64,000 nucleotides of DNA from assembly GCA_013416795.1 (NCBI GenBank), contig RQSC01001079.1, positions 208,861 to 272,860 on the forward strand, in the 5' to 3' direction. Within the stretch, counting starts at the first letter, position 1. Every line of letters begins with the position of its first letter. Position numbers and translations under genes: made by a program. Shown in pieces: positions 29,157 to 39,866 of the stretch. This DNA comes from Prasinococcaceae sp. CCMP 1430 (lineage: Eukaryota; Plantae; Prasinodermophyta). The notes beneath the pieces were generated by a model. That model did no database searches. It was not told the DNA's origin and worked only from the letters and a program-made list of their open reading frames with translations.

Positions 29157-30042
29157 AAAGCAACAGGGCAATCAAGGCGGCGCCCAGCAGCAGCAGCAGC
29201 AACAGCCGCAGCCGCAGCCGCAGAAGGGCCAGCAGGGAGGCGGAGGCGGTAAAAAGGGCAAGGGCAAGAAGGCCAACAAGGGCGCACCAGCGCAGCGCCC
29301 GTCCGAGGCTGCGGTGGCGGCCGCGTTTGCAGCCGCCGCGGCTGGCGCGTTTGATGGGCCGCAGGGCGGCGGACAGCAGCAGCCCAAGCAGAAGCGCGAG
29401 GCCCAGGCTAGGCTCGGCGGCAAGGGTGGCGCAGGCGGCGGAGCGCAGGTACCGGCGACGACCAAGTGGGCCGGGCCAGCGTTTGCCAATAGCCCGCCCC
29501 CGAGCAACCTGCCCATGCCCGCATTCATGGGAGGCGGAGGCGCCAAGCCCTCGCGTCTGGGAATGCCGCAGTCGGCGTCCGCGCCGGCGCTTGGCGGGCC
29601 CGCGCAGGCGCAGGCGCAGCAACAGCAGCAAAGGACCGCCGCGAGTGCCGACGGTGTGTCTCAGGGCCAGGCGCTGCTCAACATGCTTCACGCGCCGCCG
29701 CAACCCTCGCAGGCGCACGCTCCAGCTCCGGCGAATCCGGCGCCTCAGTTCCAGCAGCAACCACCAACGCCGGCAAATGGCGTGTCGCAGGGACAGGCGC
29801 TGTTGAGCATGTTGCAAGGCGGGCCCGCGCCCGCGCCCGCTCACGGTATGCCAACGCACGCTTTGCGCTCTGCGCCGTCTGCACCTACGCTGCTGCGGCC
29901 GGACTCGCTGCAGGCTCATGCGCCCTCGCAGCACGCCCCGCCGAGAGGCTACGGCGCGGTGCGGGTGCCTCCGCCAGTGCCGACCGCCGCCGCTGCGAGT
30001 GAGGACGCCTCGGCTGGCCTCAAGGCGATGCTCGGCCTCTGA
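29077..30042 (+). CDS. PNRC-motif (decapping co-activator-like) Q/G/P-rich protein
   Basis: KWAGPAFANSPPPSNLPMPAF matches the PNRC/Edc1-type motif; the rest is low complexity. TGTAA at 30182. Confidence 0.7.
29119..29154 (+). repeat. (CAG)12 coding microsatellite (poly-Q)
   Basis: Twelve perfect CAG units read directly. Confidence 0.95.
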
Positions 30043-30300
30043 GCGACCCTGAGCCCCAGCCGACGAGCATATAGCTAGGATAATGACTTCGCGCACTTGC
30101 GAGGGCGCATCGGCGCTCACGAGAGGTGCTCGACACCTTCACTGCTCACCGGAGCGGTGCGGCCGCGTGTGGTGCGACCGCTGTAATGATCTCCTGTCTA
30201 TTACTAGTACTGCCGAATCGTGAATCGAGATGGTACATTTACAACGCCCATGGCAACGGTTTGTGGGGAAGCGGGGCCAACAATGCAGCTGCGCCCCCAC

Positions 30301-31095
30301 CTACCTCCTCGGCACAGCCAGTGCCTCAACAATGTCGGGCTTGATGAGCGACGGCCGAATATTCGGGGGGTAGCGTTTGATGACAGTGCCGTCCTTTCCC
30401 ACGAGGAACTTGCCAAAGTTCCACTCGATGGGCTTTGTGTTCCCCGAACTGACTTTCAGAAAGTCGTACACCTCTGAGGCATCCTTGCCGTTCACAGAGC
30501 ACTTGTCCATGACGGGAAACGCCACGCCCTGACGCGTGCAGAACTCCTGCACGGCTTCGTCGCCGCGGGGTTCCTGGTACAGGAATTGGGCACACGGGAA
30601 CGCAATAATCTCGAAGCCCTCGCCCACCTTTTCGAGCTCTGCGTAGAGCGGCACCAGATCTCTGTAGTTCGACTGCGTCAACCCGCAGTACGATGCCACG
30701 TTCACGACGAGGACAACCTGCCGATGTGCACGCATGTGCAGATGGCGGCGAAAGCGCGCGTCGACCGGCGACGGGCGCACCGCGTGCGCGCGTGCGCTTG
30801 TCAGCTACCGAGAGCTCGCGCGGAATGCGCAGCGAGCACCCAGACGCGTGGTGGCGCACGATCGTGGGCGAGCAGGACACGCGCGAGGCCGGAGGAGGGA
30901 AAGGAGGGACAGGAGAGGGACCAGAGGGCCGATAGTGTGCGACGGCTTTCTCACCTTGCCCTTAAGTGAAGCGAAGTCCAGCATTTTGCGGTCGGCCTTG
31001 CGTCCATACTCCTGCGGTGGAAGGTCGTGAAGGCTCTCGTGCTCGGTTTCGACGGCCACATTCGGCACGCAAAGGGACGCCCAGCAGCAGCCCAT
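30301..31095 (-). CDS. GPX: Cys-type glutathione peroxidase-like protein; intron 30718-30954
   Basis: VVLVVNVASYCGLT, IIAFPCAQF, WNFGKFLV. Exon 1 starts MGCC. Donor AAG|GTGAGA joins in phase 0. Confidence 0.9.
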
Positions 31096-31357
31096 CGCGC
31101 CGAGGGCAAGCCCCTCGCGCGCACTCCCGCGCCTACAAACCCGCTCACCTGCGCAGCCGCTCGCCTGTGCGCGTCCGAGCACACTTGCGCGCGCCCTTCC
31201 TTGCCACCTCCGCCCCCCGTGCGCACGCGCCTGCGTCGAAAGCGCGGCGCAGCCGCCGCCGCGCCGGCGGCGGCGCCGAAGCTCTCGCAGCGCGGCTGCC
31301 GTTCGGAGGGCCGGCGAGGGACGCGCGCGGTCGCGCGGCGCGCCGGCCCCGCGCGCG

Positions 31358-32401
31358 ATGGGGCACGGCGGCTACGGCAGCGAGGACGACGAGGACTTCG
31401 AGGACGACTACGAGTGTGAGATCGACGACGAGGACGACGACTTCGGCCACCTGCATCCAGGCATCTCGTTCGACGGCGAGCGCTGCGAGCGCGTCGCCTC
31501 GGGCGCGGCGTGCGTGCTGCCGTGCCTGCCGTTCGACGAGGAGGAGCTGCTGCTGCCGGGCCACGCGCGCACGCTGCACCTCACCGAGACGCGGCACCTG
31601 GCGCTGCTCGACGAGGCGCTGCTGTTCACAAACCGGCGCTTCGCGCACGTGTGCATGAAGGTCATCTACGAGACGGACGACGACGGCGACGTGGTCGTCG
31701 ATGAGGACGGCGATCCCGTCGAGTCGGGGCTGAGCTTCCCCGCCAACCTGTCCGTGCTGTGCCACATCGAGCACGTGCAGCGCGTCGACATCGGCGCCCT
31801 CGTCCGCGTGCGCGGTGAGCAGCCGCTGCTGCTCTGCGAGTTCGAGGACACCATGCCGTACCTGCGCGCGAAGCTCAAGGGGGTGGAGGACGATGCGTTC
31901 AGCGAGGACTACGACATCGAGTCGCTCCTGGAGCTCGAGGCGGAGGTGCGCGAGACGTTCGAGGACGCGTACGAATTGGCCACCAAGCTGTCGCCCGACG
32001 ATGTCGACGGGCTCGAGGAGACGCTCGAGTGGGTGGAAGCGCTCGCCACGGGGGTGGGCGAGTCGCCGTACAACCCCTACGAGGGGCATGCCCACGGGGC
32101 CGACGACGAATACAGCAAGTACGACGCCTCGGCGCGCTACACGCCGCGCGCCAAGAAGGGGTCGCTGGTGCCGCCCGAGCAAGCCCACGTGCGTGCATCC
32201 AGGTTGAGCTTCGCCGCCTTCGCCGAGATTCCGGGCTCCACCGACGGCGAGGAGGAGCGCCTCTGCCGCGTGCGCGTGCGCTGCCTCGAGACACAGGATG
32301 TGCGCCTTAGGCTGACGGAGGCGCTCGAGTACCTCGTCGAGAGCAGGAGCAGTCTCTGCGCGAAGCTGGCCATCAACAGCATTGGGGCTGGCGCGATGTG
32401 A
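31358..32401 (+). CDS. LON substrate-binding (N-terminal) domain protein
   Basis: LPFDEEELLLPGHARTLHLTETRHLALLDEAL and RLSFAAF...ETQDVRLRLTEALEYL fit the plant LON-N-only family; no AAA or protease domain. Confidence 0.75.
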   Translation: MGHGGYGSEDDEDFEDDYECEIDDEDDDFGHLHPGISFDGERCERVASGAACVLPCLPFDEEELLLPGHARTLHLTETRHLALLDEALLFTNRRFAHVCMKVIYETDDDGDVVVDEDGDPVESGLSFPANLSVLCHIEHVQRVDIGALVRVRGEQPLLLCEFEDTMPYLRAKLKGVEDDAFSEDYDIESLLELEAEVRETFEDAYELATKLSPDDVDGLEETLEWVEALATGVGESPYNPYEGHAHGADDEYSKYDASARYTPRAKKGSLVPPEQAHVRASRLSFAAFAEIPGSTDGEEERLCRVRVRCLETQDVRLRLTEALEYLVESRSSLCAKLAINSIGAGAM

Positions 32402-32700
32402 GATTGGGAACAGCCCGCTCGGCCGGGGGTGCGGGGGGCCACCTAAGTGATCCAACGGCCCCCCGCCAGCCAGCGGCGCAACAGCTCTCCTCCCTCGACT
32501 GAATTTGGAGCAGAGCGACCTCCCTGAGAAGAGCGGCCCGGCAACGCGCGGCGACTGATTCTTTCTCTTTTGAAATTTTGGCAATTTTGTTGACGACGGA
32601 AGTCTCAGTCAAGCGGCGTCAGCGATGTGCGCGACGCGTGCAGCGGCGCGCCTGTGCACGCACGGCATACAGGCCAGTCGCAAGATTTTACATGGCGCGG

Positions 32701-35700
32701 CTACAACCTGCTCATGAGATCTTGCACGTTCTTCTGCTTGTCCCCGTCCAGCCCCTGCGCCGCAGCCGCGAAGGCCTCTGCAGGCAGCGCGCCCTGCAGC
32801 TGCTTGAGGAGGCCCACCATCTCCTTGCCCGTTTCGTCGCTCACGAGCGCGTGCCTCTTGTGAGTTTGCGGGACGCCCTCCGAGAGCGCGTGCACGAATA
32901 CACGCGCGATCTCCGGCAGGTTCTTGTTGTTAGCGCCGAGCACCGCGGCGTCATTGTCGGCCACCCTCTTGACCAGCAGCGCGTGCACCGAGCGCGCCTC
33001 CACGATGTCCTCATTCAGCGGGAGCAGCGACAGCCAGAAGTCGACCAGCGCCTCGGGCGGCTGGCCGAGCTGTGGCTGGATGGCATCGCGCTGGAACATG
33101 GCGATCTTGCCAAGCGACGAAATCGCGTTCTCCGTTGGGGCGGCGTTGTCCTCCTCGCGCGCGTCCGGAGCCATCACGCACGCATTGAGCACCCCTACCA
33201 CCGGCTTCATGTAAGGCGCGAACGCCGCGCCGCCGAATTCGGCGCACACGCCCACGCCATACACCGCCGCCTGGCGCAGGTCGCTGTGCGAGTTGACCGC
33301 GGCCGAGAGGAAGTGCGGCATGAAGTGCTGGAAGTATTTGTTGGCTGCCCCGCCCTCGCCGGTGTGCTCGATGATGTCATCGAAGATGCAGATGGCGACG
33401 CGGCGCTCGTCGCAGCTCGACTGCTCCGAGAGCAGCTTGATGATGTTGGGCAGCAGGTGGTCGAAGTACGGGTGCAGCTGCGACTTGAGGGCCTTGGCGA
33501 GGGTGCCGATGCACTCGTTGATTGCGTCGAGGACCTCGCTCTCGGCCTCGTGCTCTGCCTGCAGCTCCTCCCTCTCCTCCTCGTCGAAGTCCTCCGTGCA
33601 CGAGCGCTCGTACCGCTCCTGGCTGCGCGCCACCGAGCCCGTCAGCACCTCGTTGAACTGCTTGATGCACTCCTCGAGCTGCGCCGGCTCGAGGAGCATC
33701 ACCTCCTCGCCCTTTGCGACGTCCTCCGCGGGCGGCGCCAGCACCCCCAGGCACTTGTCGATCGACTCCAGCGTCGCGCACAGCAGCTCGCTCTCGTCGG
33801 CGGCCTCGACCGATTCCATCAGCGCCTTCATGAACGCGCCACCCATGTTGCGCACCCAGTTGATGTCGTGCTGCGGCTGCGTCTTCTTGGCCTTGAACGC
33901 CTTGTGCGCCGCGATGAGCAGCTCCGGCAGCGTCTGCGCCGCCGCCTTCCGCACCTCATCGTGGAAGAAGAATTTGATCAGCGGCATCATGAGCTCGGCC
34001 ACCGTCTCGATGTACGGGTAGAAGTGCTCGTGGAGCTCCTCCACGTAGCACAGCACCATCGAGCACGCCGTGGCCTTCTCCTCCACCACGGCCGTGTTGA
34101 TGGAAATCTTCTTGTCGCCGAGGTCAATGGTCTCGACGTCGTCGTCCTCCTCGTCGTCGTCCTCGTCGTTTGAATCGCGCACGGTCACGTCAGGCTTGAT
34201 ACCCGCGCTCTTCAGCAGGCCGGGCATGACGTACGGCAGGTAAGGCACGAACTCCTCGCCGAGCGTCTTGCAGATGCGCGCGTGGGCCTGGAGCATGTAG
34301 CCGGTGGTTGGGTCGTCGCTGTCGGTCTGGCCACCCTCGCCGGCCTCCGCCAGCTGCTTGAGCACGCCCATCACCTCGGCGGCGTCCTGGCGGAAGACGT
34401 CCTTGCCCACCGCCATGCCCACGAGCGAGATGCATTCCATCGCCTTGGCGCGCAGCATGCGCATGTCTTTGCCATGAGCCTGCGTGAGGATGGCCTTGAG
34501 GTAGGGCATCGAGGTGGTGTAGTACTTGGCGAAGAGGTCCTGCGCGCTGTCGGCCACCGATGCGAGCGCGGTCAGCGCGCCCTCCTTCACGAGCTTGGAC
34601 TGGTGCTGCAGCAGCTGCAGCAGCTTGCTGACGAGCGTGTCCAGGTAAGGCTGCATGAGATCCTTGTCGCAGCTCTCCGAGAAGTTGACCATGGCGGCCG
34701 TGGCGTGCGCCGCGACGCGCATGCTCGGATCGTCCATCGCCGCGAGCAGCGCGGGCAGCACCTTGGCGTGCTGCTCTTCCTGGATCTCCGGGCCCAGGTC
34801 CGTGCACAGCTGCCCGGTGGCGTTGACGGCCGCCCAGCGCACGCGCGGGTGCGGGTCGCCGAATTTGCTGGTGAGCATGTCGGCGATCTCGCCCGTGCTC
34901 TTGCGCAGCTGCTTGTCGCATCCCTCGGCGATCTGCGCGAGGCACGTGAGCGCCGCGTGGCGGTGCTTCCACTCCGCGCCGGCGAGGAGCTGGTTCATCG
35001 AGGGGGTGACCGCCGGCAGCATGGTCTTGCCGCGCAGCGAGCACGACAGGCGGTCGAGGTGCTCCTGCGCGACGTGGAAGTCGTCGCTGTTGCCGGCGTC
35101 CTCGTTCTCCTCGTCCTCGGCGGTATGCCAGAGCGGGTCGTCTTCGATGTCCAGCAGCATCTTGAGGAGGATGTTGCACAGCTCGCCGATGTACTGCGGA
35201 ATCTTGCGCATCATGCCGGGCGCCTTCTCGCGCTGCTCGCACAGCGTCACGATGAACTCGACCGCGAGGTGGCGCACGCCCTCTTCGAAGTTCTGCTCGG
35301 CGGCGATCTGCAGCATCGCCTGGCACACGGGCTGCAGCTGCTTGCGCAAGAAGCGCGGCTCGGTGCCCGCCACCTCCACGAACATCTCGAGGGCCTCCTG
35401 CGCCGAGCTCTCGTCGCCGGCCTTGAGCGCGTCCATGAGCGTGGACACCATCGCCGGGATGAGGTTCTGGAACTGGTCGCGGTCGGCGGGCGATTCGAGC
35501 GCCTGCACGAAGCCCACGGTTGCACGCAGCGCGGCAACGCGCACGTCGATCGCGCCTGCGGACAGCGACGCGCTCAGCAGGGGGTGCAGCTGCGCCAAGT
35601 ACGGCGAGAGCGTCTCCACCTTGTACGTCGCGATTTGCGCGAAGATGTTGAGGGCGACCTCCTTGAGGTTGTCGGCGCCCGTCACGCACTGGAAGAGGAA

Positions 35701-36132
35701 GCCGAACAGCTCGGGCCAGGCCGTGGTTCCGGAGGGGTTGTCCTCGGGCCCCAGCAGCAGCACCGCCAGGTCGGCGACCGTGTCGCACACCTTCTTGCGG
35801 ATGGACGGCGTCTGCTCGCCCGTGAGCGCGGCAGTGAGCTCCGTCTTGACGGCCGCCTGCGTCTGCGGCTGGAGCTTGGTGAACGCGCCGTCGCCGCGCA
35901 CGTACGCGCGGCGAACGAGGATCGCCGCGAGAGAGCGCGCCTCGGCCGCGCCGCTCGTGCGCAGCACCGAGCACAGCGTGCCCGCCAGCGCGTCCAGCGC
36001 GTGCTCCTTGCACGCGTTGAACACGGCCTCGGCCGACGATCGCGCCTGGTTGTTGGGCGACATCAGCGCGCTCAGCAGCTGCTCGAAGTTCGCGCTGCTC
36101 GCGAGCGCGGTCTGCACATCATTGGCGCTCAT
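32701..36132 (-). CDS. IPO5: Importin-5 / karyopherin beta-3
   Basis: About 1140 aa HEAT-repeat protein; EWKHRHAALTCLAQIAEGC, DPHPRVRWAA, MLRAKAMECISLVGMAVGKD, LIKFFFHDEVRKAA. Confidence 0.95.
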   Translation of the reverse strand: MSANDVQTALASSANFEQLLSALMSPNNQARSSAEAVFNACKEHALDALAGTLCSVLRTSGAAEARSLAAILVRRAYVRGDGAFTKLQPQTQAAVKTELTAALTGEQTPSIRKKVCDTVADLAVLLLGPEDNPSGTTAWPELFGFLFQCVTGADNLKEVALNIFAQIATYKVETLSPYLAQLHPLLSASLSAGAIDVRVAALRATVGFVQALESPADRDQFQNLIPAMVSTLMDALKAGDESSAQEALEMFVEVAGTEPRFLRKQLQPVCQAMLQIAAEQNFEEGVRHLAVEFIVTLCEQREKAPGMMRKIPQYIGELCNILLKMLLDIEDDPLWHTAEDEENEDAGNSDDFHVAQEHLDRLSCSLRGKTMLPAVTPSMNQLLAGAEWKHRHAALTCLAQIAEGCDKQLRKSTGEIADMLTSKFGDPHPRVRWAAVNATGQLCTDLGPEIQEEQHAKVLPALLAAMDDPSMRVAAHATAAMVNFSESCDKDLMQPYLDTLVSKLLQLLQHQSKLVKEGALTALASVADSAQDLFAKYYTTSMPYLKAILTQAHGKDMRMLRAKAMECISLVGMAVGKDVFRQDAAEVMGVLKQLAEAGEGGQTDSDDPTTGYMLQAHARICKTLGEEFVPYLPYVMPGLLKSAGIKPDVTVRDSNDEDDDEEDDDVETIDLGDKKISINTAVVEEKATACSMVLCYVEELHEHFYPYIETVAELMMPLIKFFFHDEVRKAAAQTLPELLIAAHKAFKAKKTQPQHDINWVRNMGGAFMKALMESVEAADESELLCATLESIDKCLGVLAPPAEDVAKGEEVMLLEPAQLEECIKQFNEVLTGSVARSQERYERSCTEDFDEEEREELQAEHEAESEVLDAINECIGTLAKALKSQLHPYFDHLLPNIIKLLSEQSSCDERRVAICIFDDIIEHTGEGGAANKYFQHFMPHFLSAAVNSHSDLRQAAVYGVGVCAEFGGAAFAPYMKPVVGVLNACVMAPDAREEDNAAPTENAISSLGKIAMFQRDAIQPQLGQPPEALVDFWLSLLPLNEDIVEARSVHALLVKRVADNDAAVLGANNKNLPEIARVFVHALSEGVPQTHKRHALVSDETGKEMVGLLKQLQGALPAEAFAAAAQGLDGDKQKNVQDLMSRL

Positions 36133-36174
36133 CGCGCGCGTCGGGGACACGGGATGAAGCTTAGGGGGGGGGAA

Positions 36175-36478
36175 NNNNNNNNNNNNNNNNNNNNNNNNNN
36201 NNNNNNNNNNNNNNNNNNNNNNNNNNNNNNNNNNNNNNNNNNNNNNNNNNNNNNNNNNNNNNNNNNNNNNNNNNNNNNNNNNNNNNNNNNNNNNNNNNNN
36301 NNNNNNNNNNNNNNNNNNNNNNNNNNNNNNNNNNNNNNNNNNNNNNNNNNNNNNNNNNNNNNNNNNNNNNNNNNNNNNNNNNNNNNNNNNNNNNNNNNNN
36401 NNNNNNNNNNNNNNNNNNNNNNNNNNNNNNNNNNNNNNNNNNNNNNNNNNNNNNNNNNNNNNNNNNNNNNNNNNNNNN
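36175..36478. other. Assembly gap (N run) flanked by G and T homopolymers
   Basis: Run of n characters. Confidence 1.
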
Positions 36479-36626
36479 CTTTCTTTTTTTTTTTTTTTTT
36501 TTCGAATCCGTGGCGGGGCCTCGCGCCGCGCGCCGGGAGCTCCGAGAGCGTCCGGGGTTGGGCCCGATCGCGGGCGGCCATGTTTGGGGTAAATTAATAG
36601 GGTTAAGATAACAGAAGCGCACGTCG

Positions 36627-37484
36627 TCACGCCATCATCCTCCTGCGGCCCCCACGGCCCCCGCGCCGCGCTGCAGCCGCTCGCCGCCGCCGCGCGCGCG
36701 CCTCGTCCTCCTCAGCCTCGCCCTCGCCGTCGCTCGCGCCGCCGCCGCCGGGAATGGCGCGCGCCGCGAGCGCCGCGCCGTCGAGCTCCCCATCGCTGCC
36801 GCTGTCGCTGCCGCCGTCGCCCGCCACGCACTCCTCGCGCACCTTGTCCTCGGCGCGCTTGCGTTTGGCGGCGGCCCCCTCGCGTCGCCGAGCCGCCTGC
36901 GCGGCGACCTCGTCGCCAAAGTCCTCGGCGTCTGCCGCGGCGCGCGCCGACCTCTCCGCCGCGGTGGCCGCGCGCTGCGCGAGCGCGGCCGCGACGTCGG
37001 TGCCACCGCCCTCGCGCTCAATCTCTGGCACGATGACGCGCCGCCGCGCGAGATCGGCGGCATGCTCAGCGCGCAGCGCAGCGTCCGCGAGGGCCCTCTG
37101 TGCCGCCTTCACCGCTTCGAACGCGTCCTTGGCGCCGTCGAGCTTGCACCTGTCCGGGTGCGTCCGCCGCGAGAGCCTGCGGAACGCGGCGCCGATGGAC
37201 CCGGGTTCGCCCGCCCAGCCCGCGCTGCCGTCGGGGTCAACCTCGGGCAGCTCGACGCCTAGCACCGCGAAGTGGTTGTTAACCTTGGCCGCGGCGAGGA
37301 TGCGTGCGATGGTGCCCTCGGGGGTGTCGTCCGTGCCAGCATCCGCGGCCGCCCCGGCGGCAGCGCCCGTGCCGAATGCCGCCAGGCGCGCGCGCGCTCG
37401 CAGGGCGGCGAGCCCCGCTGCGCCGCCGCCGTCGGTCGCCCCTTGCGCGGCCGCCAGGCGCTCGAACGCGCGGTGCTGGTCCAT
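36627..37484 (-). CDS. DnaJ-domain protein (DNAJC8-like)
   Basis: NHFAVLG...AFRRLSRRTHPDRCKLDGAKDAFEAVKAAQRAL with HPD motif; basic C-terminus. Confidence 0.8.
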   Translation of the reverse strand: MDQHRAFERLAAAQGATDGGGAAGLAALRARARLAAFGTGAAAGAAADAGTDDTPEGTIARILAAAKVNNHFAVLGVELPEVDPDGSAGWAGEPGSIGAAFRRLSRRTHPDRCKLDGAKDAFEAVKAAQRALADAALRAEHAADLARRRVIVPEIEREGGGTDVAAALAQRAATAAERSARAAADAEDFGDEVAAQAARRREGAAAKRKRAEDKVREECVAGDGGSDSGSDGELDGAALAARAIPGGGGASDGEGEAEEDEARARRRRAAAARRGGRGGRRRMMA

Positions 37485-37630
37485 TGCAACCTTCACCTCA
37501 CCTTGCCCCACCCAGGAGCCGAGCGCAGTGTGGCGCGCGAGGGAAGGACACGCGCCCCGCCCAGCACGGACACACACACACCCGGCGGGACTTTTGGGCG
37601 CCCGCAACACACACAAATTCGTACAGAGTT

Positions 37631-39571
37631 TTACAGCATTGGTATCGCGATTGGCGCGCGCAGGCGCGTGCTCCTCCGGCTCACGCTATGCCCAGCACGC
37701 ACAACGCGGAGAGCTCGCCCTCGCGGTCGACGACGAGCGCACCGACTGCGCAAGCATCGATGCCGCCCTCTGCCCCTTCGCCCCCCCCGCCGCGCGCGCC
37801 GCGCGCGCTCCCGCCTGCCGCTCGCGCCGCCGCCGACCGCCGCCGCCGCCGCTGCCGACCACGCGCAGAGCGTGGGCGCCATCACGACCAGCGCCGCGCC
37901 GTCGCCACACGCCACCTCGGCGAGCGGCCCGTCGGCGTGCCTTCCTGCGGGCCACACCTCAACGCATCTGCGCAGCGGCGCGAGCACGGCCAGCAGGAGC
38001 TCTCGCACGCCCGAGCCGCCGCCGCCGCCCGGCGGTCCGTCAACGAACGCAATGTGGGCATCCCTGTACGCGCCCTTCCACATGCGCACGAGGTGCATGG
38101 CGCGCGAATCCAGCAGGCTCACGCGGCCCAGGCTGTCCGCAAGTGCGATCAGCGGCCCGCGCGGTGCCTGCGCGAGCCGCACGCACTGCCTTCCCCCATC
38201 GTCCAGTCGCGAGCGCGGCGCGCACGGCATGCGCCGCGCTGTTGCCAGGTCGTCGTCGTCTGCCGAGCCAGAATCACCGCCGCTCGCGCCGCCATCCTTG
38301 GTGCTCCTCAGCGCTTCGCTCAAAGTGACGCTACTCGCGCCGCCGCCGCGCGCGAGCAGGCCACTCGCGAGCGAGAACATGGCCGAGCCAACCGAGGTGA
38401 CGTTCTTGGCGACCTTGCCCGCCACCTTTTTGGCGAGCGCCGCAGCGGCACTCGCTCGCTCCTCCTCGCATCCCTCGAACTGCGCGACAAACGGCGAGAC
38501 GCCCGCGGCAACGACGCCGTATCGACCGCGCTGCCGCGCCGCCGCGTCTGCACCCGCGTCGAAGAGCGACCGCGAGGGTGCCGCGCCGGTGCATGCGGCG
38601 TCGCGCACGGACGCCGCGCTCGCTCCAACGTCCCAGCGTGGCACATTGGGCAGCGGTTCACATCCTTCGACGTTCGTGCCGGTGGCGTGCCCTCCAGGGG
38701 CGCCGGCACCCACGCCGCTCACGAGCACGTTGAGCAGCTCGAGAGCGTCGACGCGGCACACCGCGTCGTGAAAGACCACTGTAAGTTCCTCTGCGACCGA
38801 CGCCGCGCTTGCTGCGCTCGCAGCGGAGCGACAGCGCAGGCGCACGACGGGCGCCGCATGCAGCCGCTGCGCCAGCACAAGCGACAGCGCCAGCGGGGAC
38901 GATGCCAGCGGCACAGGAGCGCGCACAGCACCCTCGCTGGTATTTCCCGCGCTGTCGTTTGCGTACACGTCGGTACCGGCCACGTCGGAGAGGGTATACA
39001 CGCGCAGCTCGCCTCGTCGCGTGCCGACCGCGACGAAGGCGCGCCCTGGGAACGCAATCCACTGTGGCAGCCCGCGGGCGACGGTCGCGGGGGTTTCTTC
39101 GCGTCAGCGCAGGCGAGAAGGCCTTGGTGGCCGCGCGAGCCGCCACTCGTGTGTCTACAGCTCATTCACGTGTGCGCAGTCCCTGAGCGCTCGCCGGCGA
39201 AGTGCGCTCGCACGCATCTGGTGCGAACAAAACGTGGCGCCCCGCTGCCGCACCTCGACACACGTCGCGACGTCTCCCGGCCGTGCTGCGGCTGCCCACT
39301 TGACCGCCGTGTGCGCCCGCTGGCCCGAGGCACCACCGTCGGCGCGGTCGCCGTCCTCGCAGCCATCTCCGCCTTCACCGCGGTCCGAGCGAGCGCTCAC
39401 GTCGAATGCGCACACCTCGGTGCCTCCCCCGCGCAGTGCGGCCACCCTCACGCGGAGCTCCCCCTCCGCGGCGCCACCCTCGGCCGCGACTGCGGCACAC
39501 GGGCCCGCTTGTGGTGGCAGCATGCCGAGCGGCACGAGCGCGGCATTGCGGGCGTCGCGGCGTGCTGCCAT
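37631..39571 (-). CDS. Rab3GAP regulatory subunit (RAB3GAP2) N-terminal domain protein; at least one intron near 39.1-39.25 kb; the true 3' end may be an off-frame TGA at 37681
   Basis: LADSLGRVSLLD...LVRMWKGAYRDAHIAF and LLAVLAPLRRCVEVW match the Rab3GAP2 N-terminal motifs. Confidence 0.7.
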
Positions 39572-39866
39572 GCGAGCCCACCCGCTCGCGCGGCGACGCG
39601 CGCCCTGCTCGCTGCGTGCGTCGTGTGGCGCTGCTGAGCTGTCGCGTTCATCAGACTCGGATCTCTGCTTTTCGTGCGCGCCGCTACGGTCCGCCGTCGA
39701 GGCGCCACGTCAGCGCTGCCATAGCGCGCGCGCCCGCCGCGTCCGCCGTACAGCACAGGAGTGTGCCTACCGGACGTCGAGCGGGCGTGGAAGCGACACG
39801 CGAATAGTGAGGCGGTGCGAGCGGCGGGCGAGGGCGAGCCAACCCGGCAGGCGCGTGTGGCGCGGC

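Noticed and set aside
30301-31095. Possible selenoprotein GPX / SECIS
   Set aside because: The catalytic codon is TGC (Cys) and there is no in-frame TGA.
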